In this document: one piece after another, positions 1 to 10,134 of the stretch | Layout of the letters: every line of letters starts with the position of its first letter | Position numbering within the stretch: the first letter of the stretch is position 1 | DNA from: Candidatus Poribacteria bacterium | GTDB lineage: Bacteria > Poribacteria > WGA-4E > WGA-3G | Direction of reading: 5' to 3' | DNA: 64,000 nt | NCBI GenBank assembly: GCA_963663765.2 | Contig: CAXXUA010000013.1 | Span: 512,001-576,000, forward strand | Made by a program: the position numbers and the translations under genes | Notes under the pieces: generated by a model | The model's input: the letters and a program-made list of their open reading frames with translations, nothing else | Told to the model about the DNA's origin: nothing | Database searches by the model: none

Positions 1-561
1 TTAGATGCTATCGTGAATGTCGTACTAAATAGTCGACGCGAAATTTGTGGGTTGTTCGTAGGGGATTTTATCAAAGCACACCGCAAAGGCGCACAATTTG
101 CCTTGGACACCTATAGAACGGAAATATCGGAAACAACCCGAACACAAAGCGATCTTGTTGTGATAAACTGCTATCCACTTGACGCAGATGCAATTCAACT
201 TGATAAGGCACTTGCAGCTTTTTCCTACTTCGAAAATGCTTATACGATTGCACTCTATCCTGCAACTGATGGGTCATGTTTTCACGGACTATTTGACCGA
301 CTTGATTATAAACGCTATGTACAACAGAAAATTGATAGGATACCTACAGTTCCATCACCCGCACCAAAACTTGGAAGACCCACACAACTTCATGTCTGGT
401 CTGAACATTTTGATAGAGATGATTTCTACAAAGAGTATCCATCTTCTCTGCTATTCCGTGATATTGATCAGCTGATTCAACTGATGTCTGAGAAACTCCC
501 CGCACGCGCGAAAGTCGCAGTTTTACCCACAGCAGGAATTCAGGTGCTAATACCGAAATAA
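1..561 (+). CDS. LarA-family (nickel-pincer-dependent racemase/epimerase) protein, C-terminal part; begins before the window
   Basis: Frame is open from base 1 (LDAIVNVVLNSRREICGLF...) and closely parallels the C-terminal half of the 1840..3096 LarA-like ORF. Confidence 0.8.
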   Translation, partial: LDAIVNVVLNSRREICGLFVGDFIKAHRKGAQFALDTYRTEISETTRTQSDLVVINCYPLDADAIQLDKALAAFSYFENAYTIALYPATDGSCFHGLFDRLDYKRYVQQKIDRIPTVPSPAPKLGRPTQLHVWSEHFDRDDFYKEYPSSLLFRDIDQLIQLMSEKLPARAKVAVLPTAGIQVLIPK

Positions 562-721
562 GAGTGTGAAAATATTTTGCATAAACAGTGATATTTACAA
601 TATTTTAGACAAAAGTAAAACTTTTCACAAATCAAAACCCCGCGGTAGGAACGACCTCCCAGTCACGATTTTCTTACAAAAATGAGTAAAATAGCTAAAC
701 TAATAAACTCTGCCTAATGCT

Positions 722-841
722 CAGGGTTATTCAGTTTTTCTAATATACGGATATTTCAATATGAAACCCAGTGGTAGGAGCGACCTCCCGGTCGCGATTT
801 TCTCGGGAAACGTGTAAATTGGATAGAACTAAATAATTCTG
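722..841. mobile_element. Short MITE-like element (family B ends) carrying a GTAG REP hairpin; degenerate tandem copy at ~635-712
   Basis: Left end CAGGGTTATTCAGTTTT, imperfect right end AGAACTAAATAATTCTG, internal GTAGGAGCGACC-TCCC-GGTCGC. The same end type occurs at 16849-17357 and 44579-44938. Confidence 0.6.
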
Positions 842-909
842 ACACATGCTACAAATCTATTGACATGTCAACCGATTTAAGTTATCCTATTCATATATTC
901 AAGCAATAG

Positions 910-1712
910 GTGAGAAAAAAATAGAAACGAATAAAGCAGAATTAGAAGAAATACGCATTCTATTCAATACGAAGATTGGACATTTTGCAGATTAAAGTGC
1001 AAGATGGTTATTCAAAAAAACAGAGAACTTACACGGATTAGAACTGATCCTTACCAGTGAACTTGCTGAAAGACTTGACTTTACACAAACAAAGGTCGAA
1101 AACAGGAGTATTGTTGACGACACATTGCGAGATTTAGTCTCTGATATGGTGTTTACAGTACCATTTCGGGACGACACCTTTAGAGACAACCTCACCATCT
1201 ATATCCTCTTAGAGCATCAGTCTACCGTTGACCACCTGATGGGTATAGGATGTTGTCCTATATGTGCCAAATATGGCATGGACAACTGCAGGAACAAAAA
1301 AGTGCGAAAATGCCTATAAATCAGTGGCGTTTATGCCCCATTCTTCCCATCGTCTTTTATACGGGGAAACAACAATGGCAACTACCCATTTTTCTGTTCG
1401 AATCTGGTTTTTTTTATACGTCCTGAAGAGGAACAAGCCCACTTATGACAACTCTTACAAACCCACACCCATGATAAGGAGGTAGAAAAGATCACTATGA
1501 CAGGTGCAGAAACTCTTATACAACAAGGTGAAAAACACGGACAAATACAAGCAGCACGGGAGGTTCTCTTGAAATTTATTGACCTCCGTTTTGGTGATAT
1601 GCCCGATACGGTTATCCGTGAAATATCAAGGATACACAGTCGTTCTCGTTTGAACACCCTTTTAGAACAGGCTGCAACCGCACAAACACTTGATGATATC
1701 AAATGGCAGTAG
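910..1712 (+). pseudogene. Rpn-family recombination-promoting nuclease / putative transposase, frameshifted and internally deleted
   Basis: Fragments in different frames: ...RDLVSDMVFTVPF...IYILLEHQSTVD (Rpn nuclease-like motif) and a C-terminal MTGAETLIQQG...RFG... tail. The 5' boundary is approximate. Confidence 0.8.
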
Positions 1713-1734
1713 AAAATAATAGGATGACTGAGGT

Positions 1735-1799
1735 ATTTTCTTATCCGCAGAGCATGGAAGCTAAGAAACCTCCATGCTTTAGTTGGAGGAGTATATCAC
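1735..1799 (+). mobile_element. Probable IS200/IS605-type right-end remnant (PATE-like)
   Basis: GAAACCTCCA-TGCTTTAGT-TGGAGGAGTATATCAC resembles IS605/TnpB right-end hairpins ending in TCAC. It lies between an 11-bp inverted repeat (1717-1727 / 1804-1814). Confidence 0.45.
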
Positions 1800-1839
1800 A
1801 GGTTCATCCTATTAGTACGTTATTTAATGGAGACAAACG

Positions 1840-3096
1840 ATGAACAATAGTGCAACAGTCCACTCCCGTGCATGGTACGGAGATGAAGTACTGACACTCA
1901 ATTTTCCCACGGATTGGGAAGTGGAAATGCTGGAACAAAAAGATGCACCAGTACTTTCTGACGCACAAATTGAACAGTCTTTTGCAGAACCTATTGGCAC
2001 AGAACGAATCGCTCATATCGCAACAGGCAAAAAGAGTGCTGCCATCATCGTTGATGACCTAAGCCGTCCAACTCCAGCAGCAAGAGTAATACCATATATA
2101 TTACAGGAACTTACAGCAGCGGGTGTGCCAAAATCAGAAATCCGTTTTGTCGTCGGTGGTGGATCACATCGTCCTCTAACACAAGAAGAAATCGCGAAGA
2201 AAGTGGGTACTGATATAGCAGCAGAATATCAGGTAACAAACCACAACTTTATGAGCGGCAACCTTTGTGGGTATGGAAGTCTTGACAACGGTATGCCTAT
2301 CTACATAGATAGAGTTGTTGCAGATGCGGAGTTTAAAATCTGTTTGGGTGGAATATATCCCCACGGTGCTGTTGGTTTTGGTGGGGGTGCAAAACTGATT
2401 GTTCCCGGTGTATCAGGTTTTGCAACGATGTTCTATTTCCACACATTTTCTGCCAGTCGTGGACATGCAGTCATTGAAAAAATGGATAATACTCCGGACC
2501 ATCGCGATTATGCTGAACAGGTTGCTGCTGTCATCGGTCTTGATGTCATAGCAAATGTTGTGCTTAATTCTCGTCGTGAGATATGTGGACTATTCATCGG
2601 TGACTATGTTCAGGCACACCAAGTAGGAGCACATTTTGCTTTGGAGACTTACGGGACACAGATACCGATGCAGTCCAGGAAAGAAACCGATCTGGTTGTG
2701 TTAAACTGCTATCCACTTGATAGTGATCCCATCCAAACAGGAAAAGCATTATGGGCAACACAGTATTTTGAAAAAGCATACAAAATGGCACTCAATCCAG
2801 CAAGTGATGGAATTTGTTATCACGGATTGTTTGATGAAATTGACTACAACCGCTATCTTGAACAAAGAGCAGAAAGATCACAACCTGAACTCTCGGAACC
2901 CAAAATCGGAAACCGAGACCAACTCCATGTCTGGTCTGTACATTTTAGAGTGGACGATTTTTACAAAAAACACGCAAACGGTATCCTATTCCGAAACCTT
3001 GAACAACTGATACAACTTTTTGCCGAAATACTACCAGCCAACGCAAAAATCGCTGTCCTACCTTCAGCAGGAATTCAGGTCATAGCAGAGGAATAA
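1840..3096 (+). CDS. LarA-family lactate racemase-like protein
   Basis: Motifs DDLSRPTP, GGGSHRPLT, NH, PHGAVGFGGGAKLIVPG match the LarA N-terminal domain; GGAG RBS upstream. Confidence 0.85.
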   Translation: MNNSATVHSRAWYGDEVLTLNFPTDWEVEMLEQKDAPVLSDAQIEQSFAEPIGTERIAHIATGKKSAAIIVDDLSRPTPAARVIPYILQELTAAGVPKSEIRFVVGGGSHRPLTQEEIAKKVGTDIAAEYQVTNHNFMSGNLCGYGSLDNGMPIYIDRVVADAEFKICLGGIYPHGAVGFGGGAKLIVPGVSGFATMFYFHTFSASRGHAVIEKMDNTPDHRDYAEQVAAVIGLDVIANVVLNSRREICGLFIGDYVQAHQVGAHFALETYGTQIPMQSRKETDLVVLNCYPLDSDPIQTGKALWATQYFEKAYKMALNPASDGICYHGLFDEIDYNRYLEQRAERSQPELSEPKIGNRDQLHVWSVHFRVDDFYKKHANGILFRNLEQLIQLFAEILPANAKIAVLPSAGIQVIAEE

Positions 3097-3107
3097 GTTT
3101 GAAGCCA

Positions 3108-3632
3108 ATGTTTTCTTCCTTTAGAAATTACCTACTACGCATAAATGCCTTTCTTGGAAAAATTGAAATAGGTTTGTTATGTCTAATAGTCGCAATGATG
3201 GTTGGACTTGCGGTGCTTGAAATCATCTTACGCTACTTCAATAAAAGTCTGTCATGGAAACAAGATATGCTGGAGGACTTAACGCTCTGGATGTGTTTTT
3301 TTGGCGCAGCACTTGCTTCTTCTGAAAAAAGGCATATCAGTATTGATATTCTGAGAAGAATATTACCTGAAAATGCCACGCGATATATATCATATCTCAT
3401 TGATGGGATAAGTTTGATTGTTGTGAGTATCTTAATCTATTACGGGCTTGAATTTCTGAAAATTGAACAACAAGGAAGTGAAACTTTGATTAGTTCTATC
3501 CCGCGTTGGTGGGCAAAGACAGTTATTCCAATAGGCTTCGTCCTCATTGGGATTCACCTATTGATGCAACTGATAATTAATCTAATCACACCTGCCCACA
3601 CTGAGAATGATGTTGAAGGAGAAGCAGACTGA
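3108..3632 (+). CDS. TRAP transporter small permease (DctQ-like)
   Basis: Four hydrophobic segments and FFGAALA...HISIDIL motif; its stop overlaps the start of the large permease. Confidence 0.85.
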   Translation: MFSSFRNYLLRINAFLGKIEIGLLCLIVAMMVGLAVLEIILRYFNKSLSWKQDMLEDLTLWMCFFGAALASSEKRHISIDILRRILPENATRYISYLIDGISLIVVSILIYYGLEFLKIEQQGSETLISSIPRWWAKTVIPIGFVLIGIHLLMQLIINLITPAHTENDVEGEAD

Positions 3633-4915
3633 TGGGTTTAATCATTGGAATCAGTTTGGCTACATTTGCTATTTTGGGTGGGGCCCTCTTTGTGTTACTT
3701 GGTGGCGCAACAATTATCGGATACATCTTTGCTGGTGATCAGCTTATTGGAATTATAATTGATTTCCACCAATTTATCAAAAATCCTACAATTCTAATTA
3801 TTCCACTGTTCACATTTGCTGGCTATGTAATAGCAGAAGGAAAAGCCCCCCAACGATTAGTCGCATTCGCGCGTGCAAGTGTCGGTTGGTTACCGGGCGG
3901 AATTGCTATCATTGTGCTTGTGACTTGTGCGTTCTTTACAACTTTTACGGGGGCATCAGGCGTAACAATCATCGCCCTCGGTGGGTTGGTCTATCCAATC
4001 CTACGGCAGAACTATAATGAAAGATTTTCTCTGGGATTGATTACTGCTTCAGGCAGTATCGGTCTCCTTTTCCCTCCAAGTATTCCACTTATACTCTACG
4101 CAATTATTGCAAATGTGCCAATCGGTACGATGTTTTTCGCTGGTATTATACCCGGTATCATAATTCTCTTTGTCCTAAGTGCTTATTGTTGCGGATGGAG
4201 CGTGTTCAAAAAGACTGAAAGGACAAAGTTCAGTTGGTCAACTTTCGTAAAAACCTTCTGGGAAGCAAAATGGGAAATTCTGCTACCGATTCTTGTGTTA
4301 GGAGGACTCTTTAGTGGAATTAATCTTGATGAAGTCGCTGCATTGACTGTCATATATGTCTGTATCGTAGAAATATGTATTCATCGATCAATCTCTGTGA
4401 AAACTTTACCACGTCTTGTAAAAGATAGCATGATCCTGGTAGGGGCAATCCTAATCATACTCGGTATTGCTACAGCACTAACAGGATATCTAATCAACAT
4501 TGGCGTGCCTGATCTTGTCCTTGAATGGATTCAATCATTCACTAAGAACAAAATCATTACACTTATCGGACTTAATATCTTCTTACTGATAATTGGATGC
4601 TTGATGGACATCTTTTCAGCTATCGTCATCATTGTTCCGTTGCTGATTCCGATTGCAGATGGGTTCGGAATAGACAAGATACACCTCGGCATTATTGTCT
4701 TGACAAACCTTGAAATTGGCTATCTGACACCCCCTATTGGCTTGAATCTGTTTATCTCAAGTATGAAATTTGATAAGTCCATTATCTTATTGTATAGATC
4801 TGTTCTTCTCTTTATCGGACTGTTGTTGATTGCATTGATACTGGTAACTTATATCCCAGACTTGAGTCTTTGGCTGCCACGTGTACTCGGTAAAATAACA
4901 ACTCCGTTGATGTAA
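3632..4915 (+). CDS. TRAP transporter large permease (DctM-like)
   Basis: IPLFTFAG, GSIGLLFPPSIP, GYLTPPIGLNLF motifs; highly hydrophobic, 427 aa. Confidence 0.92.
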   Translation: MGLIIGISLATFAILGGALFVLLGGATIIGYIFAGDQLIGIIIDFHQFIKNPTILIIPLFTFAGYVIAEGKAPQRLVAFARASVGWLPGGIAIIVLVTCAFFTTFTGASGVTIIALGGLVYPILRQNYNERFSLGLITASGSIGLLFPPSIPLILYAIIANVPIGTMFFAGIIPGIIILFVLSAYCCGWSVFKKTERTKFSWSTFVKTFWEAKWEILLPILVLGGLFSGINLDEVAALTVIYVCIVEICIHRSISVKTLPRLVKDSMILVGAILIILGIATALTGYLINIGVPDLVLEWIQSFTKNKIITLIGLNIFLLIIGCLMDIFSAIVIIVPLLIPIADGFGIDKIHLGIIVLTNLEIGYLTPPIGLNLFISSMKFDKSIILLYRSVLLFIGLLLIALILVTYIPDLSLWLPRVLGKITTPLM

Positions 4916-5021
4916 TCCATCAATAGTGTCAAATTAAGAAGTGTTGTCGGTAGGGTTGAGGGTCAGCGAAACCATAAATCAGCAGCATGATTGCTTTATA
5001 GCATTCCCCGGCTGACTTGGT

Positions 5022-5190
5022 TGGGTGTGGAATCTCGGATGACACCGATTTCACAGATTTCGCGGTGAAGAGTTCAGCAGTAGATCGTATTTCATAGGAA
5101 AAACTTAATCTAAGGCATACGTCTGATGTAGATGCCCACTTCGCATAATCCGCGATACTGACAACATCTTGTCTAAAACTTTACACACCC
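5022..5190. repeat. Dispersed intergenic repeat family C (related copies ~18886-19020, ~44946-45125, ~47235-47396)
   Basis: Shared words GATTTCGCGG/CCGCGAAATC, GGAATCTCGGAT/ATCCGAGATTCC and ends AAACTTTACA(C/T)AC. Boundaries are approximate. Confidence 0.5.
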
Positions 5191-5280
5191 ACAGAAACAC
5201 AGAAACTTTACAATTTACATCAACTAACAAATGTGCTATAATAGAATCAGTTTCAACACAAGAGAGGAGACATATTTATT

Positions 5281-6324
5281 ATGAAACAGAATCGTTGGTC
5301 AAATAGGATTAGTCTAAGAGTTTTGTTGTGTATAATTTCTATTCTTACAATCGGATCTATATTCGAAGGTTGCCAGGATGCTAAAATAGATGGTAAATTT
5401 AAGGTTGCTATGCTTCTCCCTGCTGATCATACCGACGGTGGATGGAATGCTTTAGCTTACCAAGGACTTATGTTAATTGAAAAGGAGTTGGGGGCTACAG
5501 TCAAATACGTTGTAAGTCGAACCCATACCGATCAAGAAGAACACTTCCGTTTTTATGCAGATAAGGGTTTTGACCTAATTATCGGACACGGTTTTGAATT
5601 TCAGGAACCAGCAAAAGCAGTTGCACGGGATTTCCCTGATACCATATTCATTACTTCTTCAGGTGGCACTAGAGAAAAGAACATTTCTCCTATGAACCTA
5701 CGCGTTGAACAACCTGCCTACCTATGTGGAATCATCGCTGGGATGATGACCAAAGAGAACAAAATCGGTGCTATCGGTGGAGAAGAAATCCCATCGGTTA
5801 ATAGTACATTCAAAGCATTTAAAGCAGGTGCAGAAGATGTCAATCCAGATGTAGAGTTACGTGTAGGATGGGTAGGGAACTGGATTAACGCTGGTAGAGG
5901 CAAGGAAATCGCACTCGCACAGATTAGCGAAGGTGTGGATTTTCTTTTTCCAAATGCAGATGCTGCCGGACTAGGTGCTTATGAAGCAGCGGAAGTCGCA
6001 CAAAAAGATGGTAAGACGGTATATACCTTTGGTGCCAATCTTGACAAAAGTAAAATTTCACCAACAACAGTCCTTGCAAACGCTGTCGTTACACCAAAAG
6101 TATTTGTCCAGATTGCTAAAATAGTTAAGGATGGTAAGTTTAAACCGAAAATCTATACCTTTAATATGTTAACCGACAATGCCATCTCATTCAACTATAA
6201 TCAAGAAATGAAGGACAAAATACCACAAGAAGTAATAGATGCTGTTGAGGAAGCGAAAGCAAAGATCCTTTCTGGCGAGTTTGAGGTGCCTCAAACTGAT
6301 TTTACTGCTGAAGAGCAAGAATAA
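5281..6324 (+). CDS. BMP-family ABC transporter substrate-binding lipoprotein
   Basis: Lipobox FEGC, DGGWNALAYQGL, DLIIGHGFEF motifs. Confidence 0.88.
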   Translation: MKQNRWSNRISLRVLLCIISILTIGSIFEGCQDAKIDGKFKVAMLLPADHTDGGWNALAYQGLMLIEKELGATVKYVVSRTHTDQEEHFRFYADKGFDLIIGHGFEFQEPAKAVARDFPDTIFITSSGGTREKNISPMNLRVEQPAYLCGIIAGMMTKENKIGAIGGEEIPSVNSTFKAFKAGAEDVNPDVELRVGWVGNWINAGRGKEIALAQISEGVDFLFPNADAAGLGAYEAAEVAQKDGKTVYTFGANLDKSKISPTTVLANAVVTPKVFVQIAKIVKDGKFKPKIYTFNMLTDNAISFNYNQEMKDKIPQEVIDAVEEAKAKILSGEFEVPQTDFTAEEQE

Positions 6325-6380
6325 CTGTATAGGGCACCAACAGGACACTTGTATATCCTTCTAAGATGGAATCCTGAACT

Positions 6381-9092
6381 ATGACGCAGAAAATGTATAT
6401 TGATGGAGTTGAGGTCGCTTTTACTGAGGGTGAAACGATCCTTGAAGTAGCACAACGACACCAAAAAGAGATTCCAACACTTTGCTATGACCCGCGGTTG
6501 GAACCGTTTGGCGGCTGCCGTCTATGCATCGTTGCATTAGAAGGCGCCAGAAATCCTGTGGCAGCATGCACAACAAAAGCCACTTCTGGAATGGTTGTCA
6601 GCACAACAAATGATACGATCGAAACACTACGTAAGACACTACTTGAAATGGTAATCGGTGAGAACCGTGAAGTAGATGTCCACTCATTACGCGGTTATGC
6701 ATCAAATGAACTCGCAAACCTTAGAGACATATACGAGATAAAAGAACCAGAAATATCTGGGACAACATCAGGGACGAATAAAACTGATGATAACCCATTC
6801 ATCTTAAGAGATTACGAGTTATGTATTTCCTGTTATAGGTGTGTCCGTGTTTGTGCTGAACAGGAAGGTGACCACGCCATCAATGTCATGAACCGTGGTT
6901 TTCACACGCAAATTACGACTGAATTTGATGGGTTACTCAAAGACTCTGCCTGCACGTTTTGCGGTCAATGTATTCAAACATGTCCAACCGGCGCACTGGC
7001 TGATAAGAAGGCACTACGTGCCGTTGAAGCAGACGCTGATTCCGTACTAAACAAGACAAGAACCATTTGTCCCTATTGTGGTGTAGGTTGCTCTGTTGAC
7101 ATACTAACTACTGAAGATAAAATAGTAGGTATTCATCCCGCAATGGACGGACCTGCCAATCAAGGTGCGTTGTGTGTAAAAGGCCAGTTTGCCTATGATT
7201 TTGTGCAACATCCTGACCGATTGAAAACACCCCTTATGCGGGATAAAGATGGTAAATTCCAGGAAACAACATGGGATAAGGCACTTGATAAAGCTGCTGA
7301 AGGTTTCAAAAAAGTTCACGAGAAACATGGAAGACATAGTATTTACGGTATCGCATCTGGACGTGCACCAAGCGAAGCAGCGTATCTGATGCAGAAATTC
7401 ATTCGTGCTGGATTCGGGACGAATTATATTGACAATTGCAGCCGTGCCTGACACGCACCTACCGTTGCCGGTCTGGCAGCGACGATCGGACGTGGGGCAA
7501 TGTCTAATCCAATTGTTGACATGCAGAAACCCGATGTCATCTTCTGTATCGGCACGAATATGACCGAATGTCATCCCGTTGCAGCAACTGGTTTGAAAAA
7601 GGCTATAACAAACGGAGCGAAACTCATCGTAGCTGACCCCAGACGAATCGGGTTAGCAGAATTATCACACCTCTATATGCCACTGCGTGTAGGGTCAGAC
7701 ACTGCACTACTTCTCGGCATGGCGCATGTTATCGCCCGTGAAGGTCTGATTGATGAGGATTTCATAGAAGAACGCACCACAGGTTTTGATGACTTCTTTG
7801 AACACATTAGCCAGTGGACACCTGAATGGGCAGAAACAATTACGGGAGTACCTGCCAAGGATATTGAAACAGCAGCAATGTGGTATGGGGCATCAAGTAA
7901 AGCCGCTATCTACTACACACTCGGAATCACAGAACATATTTGCGGTGTGGAAAACGTCCAAAGTCTTTGTAACCTTGCACTGATGACAGGTAATATTGGA
8001 CGCGAAGGAACTGGCATCAACCCGATGCGCGGTCAAAACAACATTCAGGGGGCAGGTGACAGCGGGGCGTTACCAAACAATTATCCCGGTTTTCAGTCCG
8101 TTACCGACCCTAAACATCAAGAGAAATTCAAAGCAGCTTATGGTAAAGAAATTGATCTTGAAAAAGGTATCACAAAAGTCACTGCTTTAGAACTATGCGG
8201 TGATAGCATCCACGCTATGCTAATTGATGGGGAAAACACATTACTCTCCGACCCTGACCGAAAACATTGTGAACATGCACTCCGTTCTTTAGACCATCTT
8301 GTCGTCATTGACATCTTCCTGACTGAAACAGCCGAACTTGCGGATGTTGTTTTGCCAGCAACTGCATGGGGTGAAACAGATGGTATCTGCACAAATACCG
8401 AACGACGTGTGCAAAGAATGCGGGCTGCTGTGTCTCCCACTGGTGATGCAAAACCTGATTGGTGGATAATCTGTGAAATCGCTAAACGACTTGGAATTAA
8501 TGGTTTTGATTATGACACGCCGAAACCAATCTTCAATGAACTGTGTCGTCTATCCCCGATATATGCTGGATTAGATTGGGATCGCATTGAAAACGGTGTT
8601 ACGGATACCATAAATAATCAGTGGCCTGTCCCAGACAAGGAACACCCCGGAACACCTCGGCTTCACGAAAAGGAATTTGTCAACGGTAAAGGCATTTTTT
8701 CTAATGTTAACTACCGTGATCCCGCAGAGACAATCAGCGGCGATTTCCCCGTATGGTTGACAACAGGAAGACGATTACAATCTTATCATACACGCACACA
8801 AACCGGTAGAGCACACGGGATTGATTATCTATTACCAGAGGAATCGCTTGAAGTGAATCCTGCTGATATTGAAAAATGGCAATTAGTTGATGGTGAATGG
8901 TGTAAAATGAGTAGCGCGCGCGGGAGCATCAATATCAAAGTTAAAGCCACAAACCGTTCACCGCGTGGCACAGTCTTTGCAAGTTTCAGTTTCGCGGAAG
9001 TACCAGTCAATCAATTAACAGGTTCAGGTTACGATCCCATCACACACACCGCAGAATTGAAAGTGTGTCCAGTAAAATTAGAACCTTTGTAA
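6381..9092 (+). CDS. fdhF: Formate dehydrogenase alpha subunit, selenocysteine-containing (one 903-aa protein; UGA at 7449-7451 read as Sec)
   Basis: ORFs 6381..7451 and 7500..9092 share a frame and the junction reads DNCSRA-U-HAPTVAGL, the FDH Sec/Cys-His active-site motif. Also N-terminal 2Fe-2S, two CxxCxxCxxxC motifs, CPYCGVGC and RGQNN. Confidence 0.93.
7463..7481 (+). promoter_or_regulatory. Bacterial SECIS element
   Basis: Stem CGTTGCC / GGCAGCG with loop GGTCT, starting 11 nt after the UGA; similar to the E. coli fdhF SECIS. Confidence 0.8.
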
Positions 9093-9102
9093 GGAGTGTA
9101 TT

Positions 9103-9408
9103 ATGAAATGGAAATCAAGTTGGATTGAAGAAAATGAAAATGTTGAAAAACTAACTAAGCAGTTGCAGTCCGAAGGTTTTGACGCATACCAATGGACAGG
9201 ACGTCCTGGCGGTGCTTACCTTGATTATATCCACAGCCAAGATGAGGTTGTTTGCGTGTTATCTGGCACGGCAGATGTGAAAGTGGCTGATGAAACCGAC
9301 ACCCTCAAACGAGGTGACCGTGTTGATGTTCCTGCAAACACATATCACTCGCTTACTGTAACAAGTAAGGAATCTCTTGTCGTGTTGACTGGTATGCGCA
9401 AATCTTGA
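9103..9408 (+). CDS. Cupin domain protein
   Basis: HSQDEVVCVLSG...GDRVDVPANTYHS cupin motifs; AAGGAG RBS. Confidence 0.8.
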   Translation: MKWKSSWIEENENVEKLTKQLQSEGFDAYQWTGRPGGAYLDYIHSQDEVVCVLSGTADVKVADETDTLKRGDRVDVPANTYHSLTVTSKESLVVLTGMRKS

Positions 9409-9515
9409 AAGTAATATATTCGTAAGTATATGTTGCCAGATCTATTTTACTTGATATTGTATTGAAAGTAAATGTATACTTATTGGTGGATTACTTGAAA
9501 TATGGAAGGTGCATT

Positions 9516-10130
9516 ATGGCTTATAGGAACAAATTTTATCTCAGCTTTGATAGCAACAATGACGTTCATTATTATTGGCTGATGCGTGCGTGGTTGCAGG
9601 ATGATGGAACGAAATTTGATTTTTGCGACGCTCATGATATAAACATGTCGGATAACACTAATTTAGAATTGCCTATCAGACAAGTTCTAAAAAATCAACT
9701 TCTGCAATCTAAAGCCTTCGTTATTTTGATTGGGGAAAGGACACGGTATCTACAGTTTGTACGTTGGGAGATTGAAGAAACTTTAGAATTACATTTACCG
9801 ATAATTTGTGTTAACTTGAACGGTTTCAGACATCGGGACCCTATAAGATGTCCATCCATTATCAGTGAAAAACTTTCGGTTCATATTAATTTTGATGCTG
9901 TTGTTTTACAGCATGCATTAGAAACCTGGCCAGCACGGCACACTTCTCTCAAACAAGAAGGAAATTCAAGCCCATACTATTATACACAGAATGACTATGT
10001 TAAGTTAGGTTTGGGTACAACTGATAAGGAAATGCAAAACCAAAGGTGTGCTAATAAGGAGAAGGGATTTTTGAAAAAAGTTCCACGATGGGGATCGCGC
10101 CTACGATTGCAGAATACCGAGAAACTTTAA
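9516..10130 (+). CDS. thsB: TIR-domain protein, Thoeris ThsB-like (MTH538/DUF1863 type)
   Basis: MAYRNKFYLSFD...DAHD...FVILIGERTR...VRWEIE (putative catalytic Glu)...PIICVNLNG. ATG at 9516 with GGAAGG RBS. Confidence 0.82.
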   Translation: MAYRNKFYLSFDSNNDVHYYWLMRAWLQDDGTKFDFCDAHDINMSDNTNLELPIRQVLKNQLLQSKAFVILIGERTRYLQFVRWEIEETLELHLPIICVNLNGFRHRDPIRCPSIISEKLSVHINFDAVVLQHALETWPARHTSLKQEGNSSPYYYTQNDYVKLGLGTTDKEMQNQRCANKEKGFLKKVPRWGSRLRLQNTEKL

Positions 10131-10134
10131 CTTT

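Noticed and set aside
4916-5280. Riboswitch or ncRNA upstream of the BMP lipoprotein gene
   Set aside because: The region is explained by dispersed repeat family C and a REP-like hairpin; no riboswitch consensus recognised.
7449-7499. FDH as a nonsense pseudogene or two genes
   Set aside because: The stop is UGA at the catalytic Sec position, in frame and followed by a SECIS-like hairpin.
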